Below, one piece after another: positions 12,194 through 24,904 of a stretch of DNA of 64,000 nt. This stretch comes from Argopecten irradians (Eukaryota). Position 1 is the stretch's first letter. Each line of letters begins with the position of its first letter. Made by a program: the position numbers and the translations under genes. The notes beneath the pieces were generated by a model. That model searched no databases, was not told the DNA's origin, and saw only the letters and a program-made list of their open reading frames with translations. Location: assembly GCF_041381155.1 (NCBI RefSeq), contig NC_091142.1, positions 29,883,528 through 29,947,527 of the forward strand, read 5' to 3'.

Positions 12194-12981
12194 TCACATT
12201 TGTTGAAGACTATTGCCAAATCTGTGGATGAAATCCGTGAACTGTTTCCTGGTCAGCATGTCCATGTTCAAGGTTCGGACACCAAAGTTTGATAGAACAG
12301 TGTCAAGTTCATCCAGACTCGAGTGGAATGTGTCGTGAAGCTTGACCTGGCTAGCCCCTAGACTGGTCACAAGAGGGGTCAGAGGATTCAAGAATGTCTT
12401 GCTAGAAGCCGCCTTGCTAGACATCATCTGTTTACTGGTAGGGCAATCAGTTTTTGTCGACGCAGGGTCTGAATTGTCAGACTTTGTTGATGGATGAGAC
12501 AGAATTTGTTTGTGAGGCTTCAAGGAAAGTACACCAAAATTTGGGTTTATCTTGCACTCTTTTGAAGACTCCATGACCTGTTCTACATTTTGATTTTTAA
12601 TATCAAGTGAGTTATCTCCCCCTTCCATTATCTCCCCTTTTTCACAAATCCTGTCCTTGATATCTAAAGCTTGGTCATTGTTCCATTTTATTATTCTCTG
12701 AACACGTTCTTTGTCTGTAACAGTCTCCTTCTTGCATATGTCGGATTTTAACAGTTTCTCAGCCACATTTACACCTGTAGGTTCTCCTAGGTAGTCCATA
12801 AGGGTAGAATCCTTGGTAAATTTCATGAGACATGCCGGGTGATTCGTATGTTTATCATAACAGTGAAGATGAAGCTGATGTCGAAGTGGAGCAGCGTAGT
12901 AGCAGTACACACAGCTGAATCCCTGGTTGAGGGACTCCATTTTCCTTGGGTGTAATGTGTAAGATGGTGAAGAATCCTCAC
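12194..12981 (-). CDS. AT-hook/C2H2 zinc-finger protein, coding exon 2 (terminal; includes the stop)
   Basis: Acceptor ctttttcttcccag|GTGAGG at 12982/12981 joins in phase 1 with exon 1 (ETP-G|EDSSPSYTLHPRKMESLNQ...). It encodes a further C2H2-like finger FSCVYCYYAAPLRHQLHLHCYDKH. TGA stop at 12194-12196. Confidence 0.55.
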
Positions 12982-13574
12982 CTGGGAAGAAAAAGAGTCA
13001 GTTATAATTACATGTAATTACCATAAGTCATAATCATTTTCAAAGGAATTAACATAAAATTGAAAATATCAGAGTAATAAAGGTTCTAAACTTTAAACAT
13101 ACAAGTGGTCTAGAGGGCCTGTATCACTGACGTGGTTTATTCAGTAATTACCACAAAAAATATTTTACAATTTGAAAATAGCAAAAATTTACAATTTTGG
13201 CCTGCAGTTATGAAGTCTATTGTTGACAGACGACACGGTATTGCATAAGTATAGAGACTTATGAACATGAGACTCAGAAGAGATCTAGATTATTAACCAA
13301 GTAAACAGAATCCGACAGTTCAAAAATTTAGCAATCTGGCTGAGGTCGCAAGTGTTCAGGTTGTCAGGAGTACACTATAAATGTACATCTGGTGAGTTGA
13401 GCATATCAAACATATTAATCACAAATCACATGTATGTGAAGGAATATTGATGAAAATGTGGCAGTTTGTTTCTCTACGTTTACAGAAAACCATACATAAT
13501 AATGTAATATATGGTGATTTGTGGTAATTTGTGGTAATAAGTAATAATGAATTTTAGTGTCTGTGATCAGTTAC

Positions 13575-16500
13575 CTGGTGTCTCAGCTGTCTTTACTTTC
13601 CCAATTTTCCCCTTCCGCTTGGCAATCAGCTGCTGCAGATTTTCTCTATCTTTGATGGATTCTAGTTTCATTTGCCATGTCTTGGGAAATTTCTTCAACT
13701 TTGGCATAGTTGGTGACAAATCAGAATTGTCTGTATTCACTTCAGTGTTGTCTTTAGAGGCCTTTGGTGTCGAGCAACCTTTTGGTGTAGAAATTTTCAA
13801 GTTGAGCTCAGGATCAGGTTCAACTGATATGGCCGTCCTGCATACTTTAGGCTGCATGCCTTTATGATTACGGCGGGCATGTTGAATGGTGAGGGTTTTT
13901 GAAGGCGACATGAACTTGCATTCCCTGCATACCCAGTTTTCAGTGTCATGAGCCATCATTAAATGCCTTCCGACACCACGAACTGTTGAAATAAAGGAAC
14001 ATTTTGGACACCGAGCTTTTAACATCTTATCTCTATCTATAGAAAGAGGTTCCATTACTGTACCAGTGATGTCAGGTGCTCCGGGTGACTTGGAAGGCGA
14101 GGATTCTGAAGACTCGTTGTAATCATAAACATCAGCCTTAGCCAGAGTGTGCTGTTTAGATGGCGATTCGCTGATTAACTCTTTAGATGGCGATTCGCGG
14201 TTTGGCTGTTTAGATGGCGATTCGCTGAATGACAGAGTTAAGACTTTACCCTCTTGGCCTGGGGTAGTGTCTTCTTCTAAGTCTCTCAACACACAGAAAC
14301 TACGCACCAAGGCAACAGTCTTCCCAGGGTGCTCCTCCTTGTAGTGGGCAAGACCTTCAAATCTGTTCAAGGTGAAGTAAGAACATTCAGTACACGTGTA
14401 CTTGCACATCTTATGGACCCAGAAGGCATGAAGCCTGACTCCATTGATTGACTTGGACTGATACTCACAGAGGGGACATTTGATCATATGTTGATCCTTA
14501 GATTTTGTTATTGCTTTGCCCTGGTACTTGGCCTTCGCCAGGTTAGAATATTTCTGACTGTACTTCTTTACATAGTTTTTCATTCTTGTAGATTTCAGAT
14601 GAGTTGGCTTTTTCATCGACGTCTTGGAAGTTTCAGCATTTTCTCCATCATCTTCATCACCATTAGTTTCACAGTAAGCTTTCCCAGAGTCGGCGATAAC
14701 CTTAGTTCGTTTTCCAGCAACAGAAATCTCTTCCAATGGAGTTTTATCACACTCTGAATCAAGTGAATGTACCACTTGTTCACCTACATTTTCTTGTGAT
14801 ACAACTGGAAGCCTTTTCTTGTACTGTCCTCTTATATAAGTTTTTTCTACTTCTTCTTTCTTATCTGATCGTGGTCTTCCTCTTTTGCGTTTCTCCTGTT
14901 TTTCTGGAGTTTGAATGGCTGAAGCACTCATTCCTGTTTCGTTAAGGTCGCGCTGTTCCTCCATAGTACTGCTGCTATTACTGATGGATAGCAATGACGA
15001 CTCACTATGGGAAGTTGCACGGGTTTTAGTGCGTTTCGCTGGCATTGTAATATTTTTTGTTCGCCTAACATATTTCCTTTTCACCCGGTCACTTGTAGCA
15101 GTAATGTTGTCCTGTCGTCGTTTTAAAGCTAGTAGACTATTATTGATAGTCTCCTCTGTGAGAATTCCAGTTTCACTGGCCATCTTCCTTTGCTTCTCTA
15201 TACCGCCTGTTACAGGATCAGTTACACAGTCTATCTTTCTTTTTCTTCCAATTTCACTGACAGTCTCTTTCAGTTCTGATTCTACCTTTTTCTCTTCTGT
15301 CTCCGACAACGTCTCTTCATTTTCTGTATGACCTTGAGTATTTGAACCTCTTCTGGATTTAACGGCGTAATGATCGGTCAGCGTCCCAACAAGTTTCATT
15401 CGCATATATTTCCTCCTCAATGGCACTATCCCACGACTCCTTCCTGGCGGTCGGCCTCTTTTCCGCGACACTGGTTCTGGCCACGAGGGGTCTCCCTCGG
15501 ACCCACTAACTTCACTCTCTGGTACAGAATTATCAGTTGAAGACTGATCAGTCTCTATTTGAGCAAAGCTCCTTGAACTTCCTCTTCTTCTACCTCGACC
15601 TCGGCCAGCCTTAAGACCGAAAAACTTTGCACCTCTCACAGAGGATTTTGCTTCCAGTATTTGACCATGAGTAAGTTTTTGTCGACGCACACCATTGTCT
15701 AGATTCAAAATTTCTCGTATTGTTTTTTTCCTCCCTTTCTTTTTATCATTCTCAATGACCCGTCTTGATGAATCTGACTCAATCATAGTGGGTTGACTCT
15801 GAGATGCTGTGGATGCCATTTGTGTTTGATCTGGTGTCTGTGGTTGGAGGGGAATCTGTGAAGGTAGTGGGGTAGGCATTTGTGCCGATAACTGTATGGG
15901 AATCTGCATGGGCATCTGCATTGGTACAGGGATTGCAATGCCACCGAAGGACATGACAGTGCCAGGATGTGGAACAGTAAGCATTGGAGTTGGACTACTT
16001 TGGTTCATGACTGGAGAGTTTAGACTAACATTACCAGGACTAACTTGTGTTGTACTTCCAGTACTAGAAACAACCGGCGAAGATTCAAGCTCCATCTTTT
16101 TCCTACGACCTGGCCCTCTTCTTCTTGGCTCGGCAGGACTACTCACATCACTGCTTGCTTCAAGCAAGGAATCATCAGTGTTTGTTTGTGAAGATTTCAT
16201 AATTTTAGTCTTTTTTATAGAATTCTTATCCATAACTGGCCCACTATCACCATCTACAGCAGAATCTGTACCTTCCTTTCTTTTATGTTTCTTCGAGTTT
16301 GCATTTTTAAAATCTTTAAATAAGTCAAATGTAACAAGATTGCAGTCTTTGTACTTGGCAGGATTTCTCAGTGCCATTTCAGGAGACTTAACCTTTCCTT
16401 CAATGTTGGTACACATTTCCAAATACCTATCTAAAGCCTTGTCCTTCACCTTTTCGGGAGTATAGCCAAACTCCTCCGCGCCACTGTGTCTTTTCTTATT

Positions 16501-17943
16501 GTGAAAATTCAGTGTTGATTTATCCGTGAACTTGTTACCACACAGGTTACAGAGAAAAGGTTTGTAGTCAATGTTGATGGAGGCATGCCTTCTGAGGTTA
16601 GTCTTGATGTGGGTGCTGTACTTACAACCTTTACACTTGTAGGCTTTGTAGAATCCAGCGACGCGTCCACGATCTGTGTTCACCGAATCATCCAATGTGG
16701 AATTATCAGAAATATTCACTTCAGCATCACTTGGGTTTTCCTCATTCAATAACTTTTCACTTTTTTGATCAACCATAACAGCAGACTCCACTGTATTCAC
16801 TGTCTTTTCATCTTTCATTGAGAGATTTGAAGCATCGTTCATAGATTTAGTAACTGAAGTTAAGGGTTCTGATTTAATTTGTCCTTGACCTTTAGAATCC
16901 AAAACTGTCCTTGACCTTTGCCCTCTACCAGGTCGACCTGATTTCCTCTCTTCCGGTTGAATATCACATTCCTTTGGAGTTTTTGTTTCATTTTTCCCCT
17001 CATCACTTGCTGTCAGTTGTTCAGAAGCTTGTTGTTCTGTTTGTTTTTCAGATGTTTCACGATTTGTAACGTCCTTGTTCTGATCCAGTTTTAACTTATC
17101 AGTATCTAGCGGTTTGGACTCAGATTTTTCTTCTTCAACATTCTTTTCTTTGTCTGTACACTCTTCCTCCTGAATCACACTGTTTTGTTCGTCCTTTGGT
17201 TCTGTACTCTGTTTCAATTGTTCTGTGGTTGTTTTATCTGTAGCTGTTTCGTTTTCATCACCAGCTGTCTGTGATTGTATTTCAGATGTTTCATTTGGTA
17301 TTTTCATTTCCTCATTACTATCCTGTGCTGAAGCTGAGGTTTTTTCCTCTAAATTGTCTTCTTGAGAATCTTGCTTACATGCAGTTCCTTCTTGTAATTT
17401 TGAAGAATTCACATTTTTTGGTTTTGAAGAATTTATATCATCTGGTTTTGGACATTCTATATTGTCTAGTTTCAAAGATTCCACATCTTCAGGTTTTGAT
17501 AGCAAAATATCCTCTTGTTCATTACTACATGTTTCAGATTTGTCTACAGAAGTATTGCTTTGCTGGGAATTTTGATCATTTGAACAGTTTTCAGTCTTGT
17601 TTAAATGCGCCACACATGGTGGTGATTCTTTGGTTTCTGCTATGTTTTCCTCAGAATGGACCTTTGGATCTGTCCCAGTTACTGAGCAAGATTCATCCCC
17701 TGGTTTCTGGTTTTCACTCTGTTTTTGATCCTTTTCCTCCTCTTTGCTAGCACTTTCAGGCACTTTATCCTTACTTTCATCGACAGTCTTCATCTCTTTT
17801 TCTGCACCAGAGACGCTGCCTTGGTCAGTTTCAGGTTCCTCCATGGCTGAAGATTTAGCTTTCTCAGCAGGAGATTTCCCGTCAGTGATTGGTTCCTTGA
17901 CATCATCACCAGACTTTTCTACAGTTGAATCTGATGTTGCCAT
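13575..17943 (-). CDS. Large acidic low-complexity nuclear protein with several AT-hooks (GRP cores) and atypical C2H2 zinc fingers, coding exon 1 (about 1456 codons in one exon)
   Basis: 4.4-kb uninterrupted ORF. AT-hooks KSGRPGRGQRSR, RKRGRPPGRSRG, KRKRGRPRSDKK. C2H2 fingers YKCKGCKYSTHIKTNLRRHASIN, FLCNLCGNKFTDKSTLNFHNKKRH, IKCPLCEYQSKSINGVRLHAFWVHK, YTCTECSYFTLNRFEGLAHYKEEH, ARCPKCSFISTVRGVGRHLMMAH, WVCRECKFMSPSKTLTIQHARRNH. ATG at 17943 is preceded by an in-frame stop. Donor CCAG|gtaact at 13575/13574. Confidence 0.75.
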
Positions 17944-18187
17944 ATTCTAAAGGTTTCTCTAGATCTTTTTACTTGATTCCTCAAAGGTCATCTGTAAAAA
18001 TAAACCGATACAACAATTATGCTCAGAAAGGCTTTGCTCAAAATGCTTTATCATATTTTATACAATATTTGGTAAAATTGCATAACAAAAGAAAAATCTG
18101 AAACAAGATTGACAGGGGTTTTATTTTCTCTCATGCCTACAAGTGTAATACTGGCTGGTCTAGTGTAATACACTTATGTCGCATGAG

Positions 18188-18232
18188 GCTGTATTACATG
18201 GCTAACCATGCAATACAGCCTTGTGAAGTCAC
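18188..18232. promoter_or_regulatory. Hairpin-forming inverted repeat about 250 bp upstream of the ZF-gene ATG
   Basis: aggctgtattacatgg-ctaa-ccatgcaatacagcct: 15-bp stem with one mismatch and a 4-nt loop. Confidence 0.35.
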
Positions 18233-18388
18233 AGCCTTATAAGTAACCCAATTACTATTTTCTCAGTAAAATTTAAACATTTTTTTCAGAAACAAGACAG
18301 ATTTTACTATAATAGATGCAATTCACGGTATTTGTGTTAAATGCAATTAAATGTATTTGTGTTGAAAAAATCACACAATTTTCATATA

Positions 18389-18852
18389 CAGTGGAACTTG
18401 GTTGATACGAACTCGAATAATTCGACAACCCGGCTTAATACGAAGTACTTTGACGGTCCCAACCGAGTTCCCTCTTTATCTTTGTTTAAAGAATTCGGGT
18501 AATTCGAATTCGGAAAGCTCGAAAAACTCGGATAATACGAAGTGAACTTTGGGTCCAAAAGACAAAATCATATATAAAATGTTCTTATAACTGGAAATGA
18601 GATTTTTTTTGGACAACTAGATCGCCGAAATGCCGATTTCTTTTTCATAAATCTGCCGTAGAACGTCATTTCAAAATATATATCTAGGTTTTCTTGTTAT
18701 AATTTTGCAACTATTTTCGACATGGAACTAGTCTATATATACACCATGTAAAGACATAATCAGCAGACAAGAGAACTCGCTTAATTCGAACACTCGGATA
18801 ACTCAAAGTTTTATTTCGGTCCCTTCGAGTTTGTATCAACCGAGTTCCACTG
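18389..18852. mobile_element. Tc1/mariner-type MITE (464 bp), 30-bp TIRs, flanked by TA/TA
   Basis: Left TA|CAGTGGAACTTGGTTGATACGAACTCG. Right CGAGTTTGTATCAACCGAGTTCCACTG|TA. CAGTG termini and TA duplication are the Tc1/mariner hallmark. No transposase ORF is present. Confidence 0.65.
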
Positions 18853-21442
18853 TATGGAGAATTGACTTGCAGTCGCAGTTTTAATTAAACCTTATTTCAA
18901 AATGGAGGGATATCATAGTTGTAAAATTGGAATAAAATATTATTTTATGTATGTCTTTTAAACTTTGTGACGCATTATTATGTTGTGATTCTCATATAAA
19001 AGACTTGCAAGTTCATGTAATATGGGGTATTTTTTTGAAAATATTTTTGATGCATCACATGTTGTAAAACATTGTTAAATCCATGGGTTGGGGTATTTAT
19101 CAAACCTCACTTCCTTCTCCAGAAATGGTGGTAGGGTAGGGGGGTGCGCTTATACAGGGAAGGGCGCTAATCACAGTGAATATGGTACATATTGTGTCAC
19201 ATGCATTGTATTGTGATACATAATGTATAAGGAAACATGACAGAACTTTTTTTTTTAATTTTGCTTTAGATAGGAGACAGATTCAATGTCACCCACTAAA
19301 AACACATAAGATGGTGACTGTAATGATTTCTAATTTTCACATCCTTTAGCATCATGTTTAATGGTATAAAAACAAGTCAATTTATATAAAAATAATGCAA
19401 ATTAAGGAAAATTTGTCGACAGTTGCAATTATTTACAAAAGAGTTAAAGGATTGACATACACAGTTGGGCTGATATTGACAAAAGCTGTGTTTTCTTGAG
19501 TTAATATTGAAAAAAAATAAAATAAAAAATTTGCTAGTGTATCTCTTTGTGTAATATCATGATTCAGATTTTTGATACTAGGGTACAATGTATGTTATCA
19601 TCATTCAAATAGTATGCTCTTGACAGTCTTTTGAAACTTTATGAATATTGTATATAAATATTAAGTAATATGTTATTGTAATGGTTGCAATATTCTTATG
19701 TGTTACATATATGTACTGCGGACATCTGAACACTAGCTGGATGCTATACAAATTGAGCTACCTGGTCACTGATGTTCGACCTTAGCTTGACCATCACCAT
19801 TACATATACCTGCTGGCAATATTGTATGAGCTTGTATTGCCTGACAGATGATTTAACATTTTCTTTAGCACTATAATTATTATATATATATATGTACAAC
19901 AAAATAACTTTTAATACTCTATAGGATGGGTCAGAAACTTAATAGCACTATATACATTAACTGAAATTAGATTCTTAATACTTCAAAACTTAATTGTTAT
20001 TACCTTGCACGAAAATCAATTCACATGTTAAGCTGATGACCTAAGGTATGACTCACACTTATATAACATACTACATGATATTGAATAATATCAGGAAGTA
20101 ATTTAGCGGCAGTCTAAAGGGTGGTAATGCTATTTCAGTGTATATATTAACTCAGTGATAACAGCTGTTGATAATACTGTAATATGTACGCCAGCCAAGC
20201 AAATACTATGATTACTAGGGTTATTGATTGTCAATACAATATTTCTATTGATGCTAAGCTGGATGATTTATGCATTGTTATGTGGTAATTTTTTTCAGAA
20301 AACTAATGTAATATTAAAACCAATCAATATTTATGACAACCGTGGTTTGTTGATAGGGGAATGCGGCTTATTTTACACCTATGTTTTCTTTCTTAACACT
20401 GCATAACTTGCAAGGACAAGTTCAGTATTCAGTTATGCTGCATTAACATGTGTATATGTATCAGTAATCAGATACGGCAAAAAATTAAAACAATGAGTCA
20501 AAATTATATGTGACCGGCGCCTCGATCACTGAAAATAAGTCTATAAATGCCGTGGCATGTAGCCACTGTACAACCGAAGTCAACGCATACTTATTAATCA
20601 CCATAGAAATATGCTGTATAATCAACATGTATTAGATTCTAATATTATAAACAATGCTTAGAAAAGGTCAAGTTCGGTCGTGAATGAATTGTTTACAAGT
20701 GCTATGCCGAACGGAAGTGGCCAGTAATTACAATGTTCAGCTCGGAAAATCAGACGCAAACTCTTGATGCTTTGTTTGTCTTTAAACCACAAACTAGGCC
20801 CTATACTCCACCAAACGGAACATATTTCGTTTGCCTTACCCGATAAATTCGTACATATTGGCTGATGTACGGGACGTGGTGGAGCGTCTCTCTTCGTGTG
20901 TGTATTGTGATAATTCAAGCACTTTGTTGATCAAGATGAATTTAGTGCATCATCAACTATTAGCGGTCGATTCCCCCGATGCAAACGCATGGATGACCCA
21001 GAAAGAGGGAGATAAAGCCAGTGTATTTGGCGGATTTTTTTAATTGGCACTTGTCTGCAAAGTCATTCCCATGATTCCTGATCCTATTATATCTAATGTT
21101 TTAACTTCTTGCTAAAAGATGACTTGCGGTTGGTAATGTCTTTTTCATTTCTTTTGTTCAATGCACATATGTTCAATTATATGGGACATCATTTTGCTTT
21201 TTTTCACATAGACCTAGACCTCTACATACATTTTAGGCCTACATGTACGCCTAATGTCGCTATTGCTTTTTTTCTGAAAAGGAACATCGACATGATAAAA
21301 TGTTTTTATTATTACAACTTGCAAAAACAAACGCTTTCATCAAAAACAATTATGATCCCAGATTGTTAGATTATAATTTATATATTATCTAATGTTAAAT
21401 TAATCTAACTGGAAAACCAGACCAATACAAGGATTTCTATAC

Positions 21443-21725
21443 CAGCCGAATGTTTGTTTGTTTGTTTGATTTATTAACGTCCTATTAACAGCTATGGTCA
21501 TGTAAGGACGGCCTCCCATGCATGCGGTGTGTTGCGTGTATGTTGTGCGAGGTGAGTGTACTGGGAGACTGCGGTATGTTCGTGTTGTGTCTTCTTGTAT
21601 AGTGGAACTGTTGCCCTTTTTATAGTGCTATATCACTGAAGCATGCCGCCGAAGACACCAAGCAACACACCCCACCTGGTCACATTATACTTACAACGGG
21701 CGAAAGCCGAATGTCCATTAGTCCG
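21443..21725 (-). mobile_element. Candidate SINE-like element sharing a 3' tail with the SINE at 6011-6220
   Basis: It has the same terminal block gtcctattaacagc (- sense GCTGTTAATAGGAC) followed by (CAAA)n: aatcaaacaaacaaacaaacattc. The GC-rich body gcatgcggtgtgttgcgtg... is unlike the flanks. The 5' boundary is unclear. Confidence 0.3.
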
Positions 21726-23140
21726 CAAATTAGTAAGTATTACAAGTTTTATAGTTATTATAAAGATATAATTCATGCAATTTTGATAGTTTGATATGAC
21801 TTCGATGATGAGTTTGATGTATACATTTTTCGGTACTGCTTTAAAGTTATTTCAGGATGTATTCTTCTGAGGTTTCAGTCCCGTTGAAGTCTCGTTTCGA
21901 CAAAGATCGAAGAAGTTATGAGATTTTCAAATACATTTTATCAATGTCTGCAGCAAGTTGCCAGATGAAATTTTGTCAATTTTTTTTAAAATACGGATTT
22001 TAAGAAATTGCCCATTTGGCGGCCATTTTGAAATTGTGTCTTTTTACTTAAATCATCACTCCGCCAGCATTTTTAGCTGTATCGAGCTGATTTTTGCTGT
22101 AAATCTTTACTAGGTTCGTGGTAATTAAAATATTGGGCATTACTGCGTGAAATGATACACTTTTGTCACTTTATTTTTTACTATTAAATACTGAAAAATA
22201 ACATATTCAAATGTTGCAAAAAAGTAAGCACACGGACCCCCCCCATTTTTCAGCCTAATTTAGAAAGAACAACCTTTTCTATTAAAGGTTAAATGTGACG
22301 AAAATGGCTGAAATAGTGTATTTTATAGCTCAAAATTAAAGGGTAGGGGTAGCATATTTTGTTATTTTGTTATTTTGAGAATAAATATGAGTCTTCTTAA
22401 TCAAAACTGGTATATTATTAAAGAAGACAGAAAAATAAATTCTACAAACATTCATACATATCAAACATCTCGTTAGGAAATTATGGCTTTAATGTCTTGT
22501 ATAAATGGTCAAAACGACAAAAATCCCATAAAATCCAATATTTTGTCAACTAGGTATCTTTGAGTAACAATAGCTCAAAAACGAGCATATGGACAAATGT
22601 TTTTTCTTCAATTTTATGTAATGGTATGAACTCCTATTTCCAAATATCTATGTGAGAAAAAAAGTTTAAAACAAGAAAATTTTGACTTCTTAGAGTCCTT
22701 AACTGCTATAATTTCTATGGACGGCAAGTTGTCATTTCTTCATGTTTGTATATATACCAAAATTACATCAAAATTACAGAAAAAAAGAGGAAAAAAATGA
22801 AAAAAGAAAATGAAATCATAAAAAAAGAAAATATTTTACATTTTATAAGATATTTCATAAACATAATTCTATGAAATATCTTGCAATAAAAAAGTATAAG
22901 TCTTATGTACACTGTAATTTTTGTTTTCATTTTCCGTGTCATATTTCGAAAGTCCAGTTACATATCTATTTTCGGACTATCGGGCCTTCGGACTATTGGA
23001 CCTTCGGACTAGTGGGCCTTCTGAAGTCCTACATGTATAAAAGGGCCACTCTTGAACTGCTGGGCCTATTTTTGGAATATAAGGCGGTCACCTTTTTGAT
23101 GAGTGTCATTTATGTCCTTGACTAGACGTTTCGGTCACAT

Positions 23141-23290
23141 AACAGAATAGGGTTACTGGTAGTCCGCTAAACCTGCCTATATTTTACTAGGCTACTTTAA
23201 TTTTTTTGCCTTATATATATGTTAGACAAAAAAAATAAACAAAGACCTAATAATTAAGGCAGGTTTAACGGACTAGGTTACTGGTAAATC
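23141..23290. repeat. Inverted repeat with ~30-bp arms and a ~90-bp loop
   Basis: gggttactggtagtccgctaaacctgcc (23141) pairs with ggcaggtttaacggactaggttactggtaa (23259). The adjacent 22965-23030 holds direct repeats cggactatcgggccttcggactattggaccttcggactagtgggccttc. Confidence 0.45.
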
Positions 23291-24329
23291 TACATCACAT
23301 AGTTTACTAGTAGCCCCCTTCCTTTATATTTTACAGCAACTTTATATGTATGGTCTGCAAGCGCCCGTGATTTTGGTCATTAGAAAACGAGGTAACACAA
23401 TAAGTCTTATATACAGTACATGTTATCACCGGCGCGGATTTAGAGGGGGTGGACCCGGCTCCACCGCCCCCCCCCCTTTTTTTTTTTGAGAATCGTCTCT
23501 ATCAAAGATCATGTTAAAATTCGTGATCCTTGATAAAGGCCGGCTATTTTTGAAGAGAAAATAGCCATTTCAGTAGCTTAAACACTTACATTGGGTTTGT
23601 TTTAATATTTTGCTACACTTTTGCTAGCTCAGAGCACAGGAGTTTGACGTTTTGTCAATAATATATAGCATATATAAAAGTTTTCTGCGTGCATAATCGC
23701 GCCTATAATACAATAAAATATCATTCTACACACATATGAACACTAACTTAAGTCATTCTGAAAGTTAATAATATGTTGAAAGTTTGCAAATCGGAAATGA
23801 AATTCGCACACTGACAATCACGAAATCATTTTCATTAACTTGAAGCCGGCCGGAAAACATATAGTAGGCCGGGTATTTACATATTCGTTCTAATGATAGA
23901 CCATAGAGGTTTATATTTTTTTTACCTAATCAGTGATTTGTATGTTTATCTTTTTTATGAAAATCGATAATAATCCTCTAACAACCATAGCTCTAATTGC
24001 ATTGTACAGTATACCTGTACAGACGTAATGTAAATAGAAATCTGGGTTATATATATAACCTGTCTACCTCCTTTCATTTTACTAGACATAGGTGTCAAAC
24101 CACGCAGCATTATGGTGAAATTTAACACTTTTTCATTCGTAAACTTATTAAATATATCTGCTGGTTGGTAAACCCAGATCTTAATTGTTTAAATTGCCAA
24201 AGAAAAATTCAGCAAAATTTAACAAACATTCGGTTTCATATGGAATTTGAAGGACTCAAATACCCAAGCCTCAGTCCAATCTATAAAAAAAATAATATTC
24301 TGTTATTTTTTAGGCGAGAAATAATTATT

Positions 24330-24790
24330 TCAGTAATGGTCATCTAGAAGCATCTAATTTTTCAGAATTTTCAGGGTGATACCTCCCAGACCCCCCATAC
24401 AAGAGTTCTTGAACTTCAATTTGTCCACAATGTGTGCTTCAGATGACAAATGTTTTAAACATAATTGACTTAAAGCCATTATTGGATGGATCTGAGTTAG
24501 CATATTTTAATGGCTAATTGACGATTTTATAAGCTAAGAAATAGTTGATTTTAGCAATTAAAAGTGTCCAAATGCCACCTAAAAGTATCTAGAATATCAA
24601 AATTTTCTGTGGGAGACTCCCCATACCCCCCTTACGAGAAGGGGCTATCGCCGCCCTCTTGTGATCTCCCCGTCTCAGCCTTGAAGCGATGGTCTGCGGC
24701 CACCATGGGAGCCTATATGCCCCCTTCTAATTTTCTGGATCCGCCCCTGTATAATGAATGATTTAATTATCTGTTTACACTGCGCCAACA
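24330..24790. repeat. Local tandem duplication of a ~230-bp unit
   Basis: catctagaagcatctaatttttcagaattttcagggtgatacctcccagaccccccatacaagag (about 24340) matches cacctaaaagtatctagaatatcaaaattttctgtgggagactccccataccccccttacgagaag (about 24570). Confidence 0.4.
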
Positions 24791-24904
24791 TATGTATTGC
24801 AATACCGTTGTTTTCCTGTTCATAAAAAAATATTTATAGTGTTCTACGCGGGGTGGTACGCTTTCAAGGGATTGGGGAAATATCATTACTTACATATGTG
24901 AAAT

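Noticed and set aside
13547-17750. ORFs antisense to the large ZF exon (13547-13867 +, 14915-15331 +, 15896-16465 +, 17271-17750 +) and an ORF antisense to the last MVP exon (35995-36339 -)
   Set aside because: They are shadow ORFs on the opposite strand of long coding exons. Their products are low-complexity with no recognisable motifs. The sense-strand products have strong homology (MVP) or clear domain content (ZF gene).
19080-19200. G-rich stretch (ggttggggtatttatc...ggtggtagggtaggggggtgcgc)
   Set aside because: It is a single short block with no partner or periodicity and is probably low-complexity drift. The blocks at 57370 and 62761 are listed instead because they are related to one another and flank a gene.
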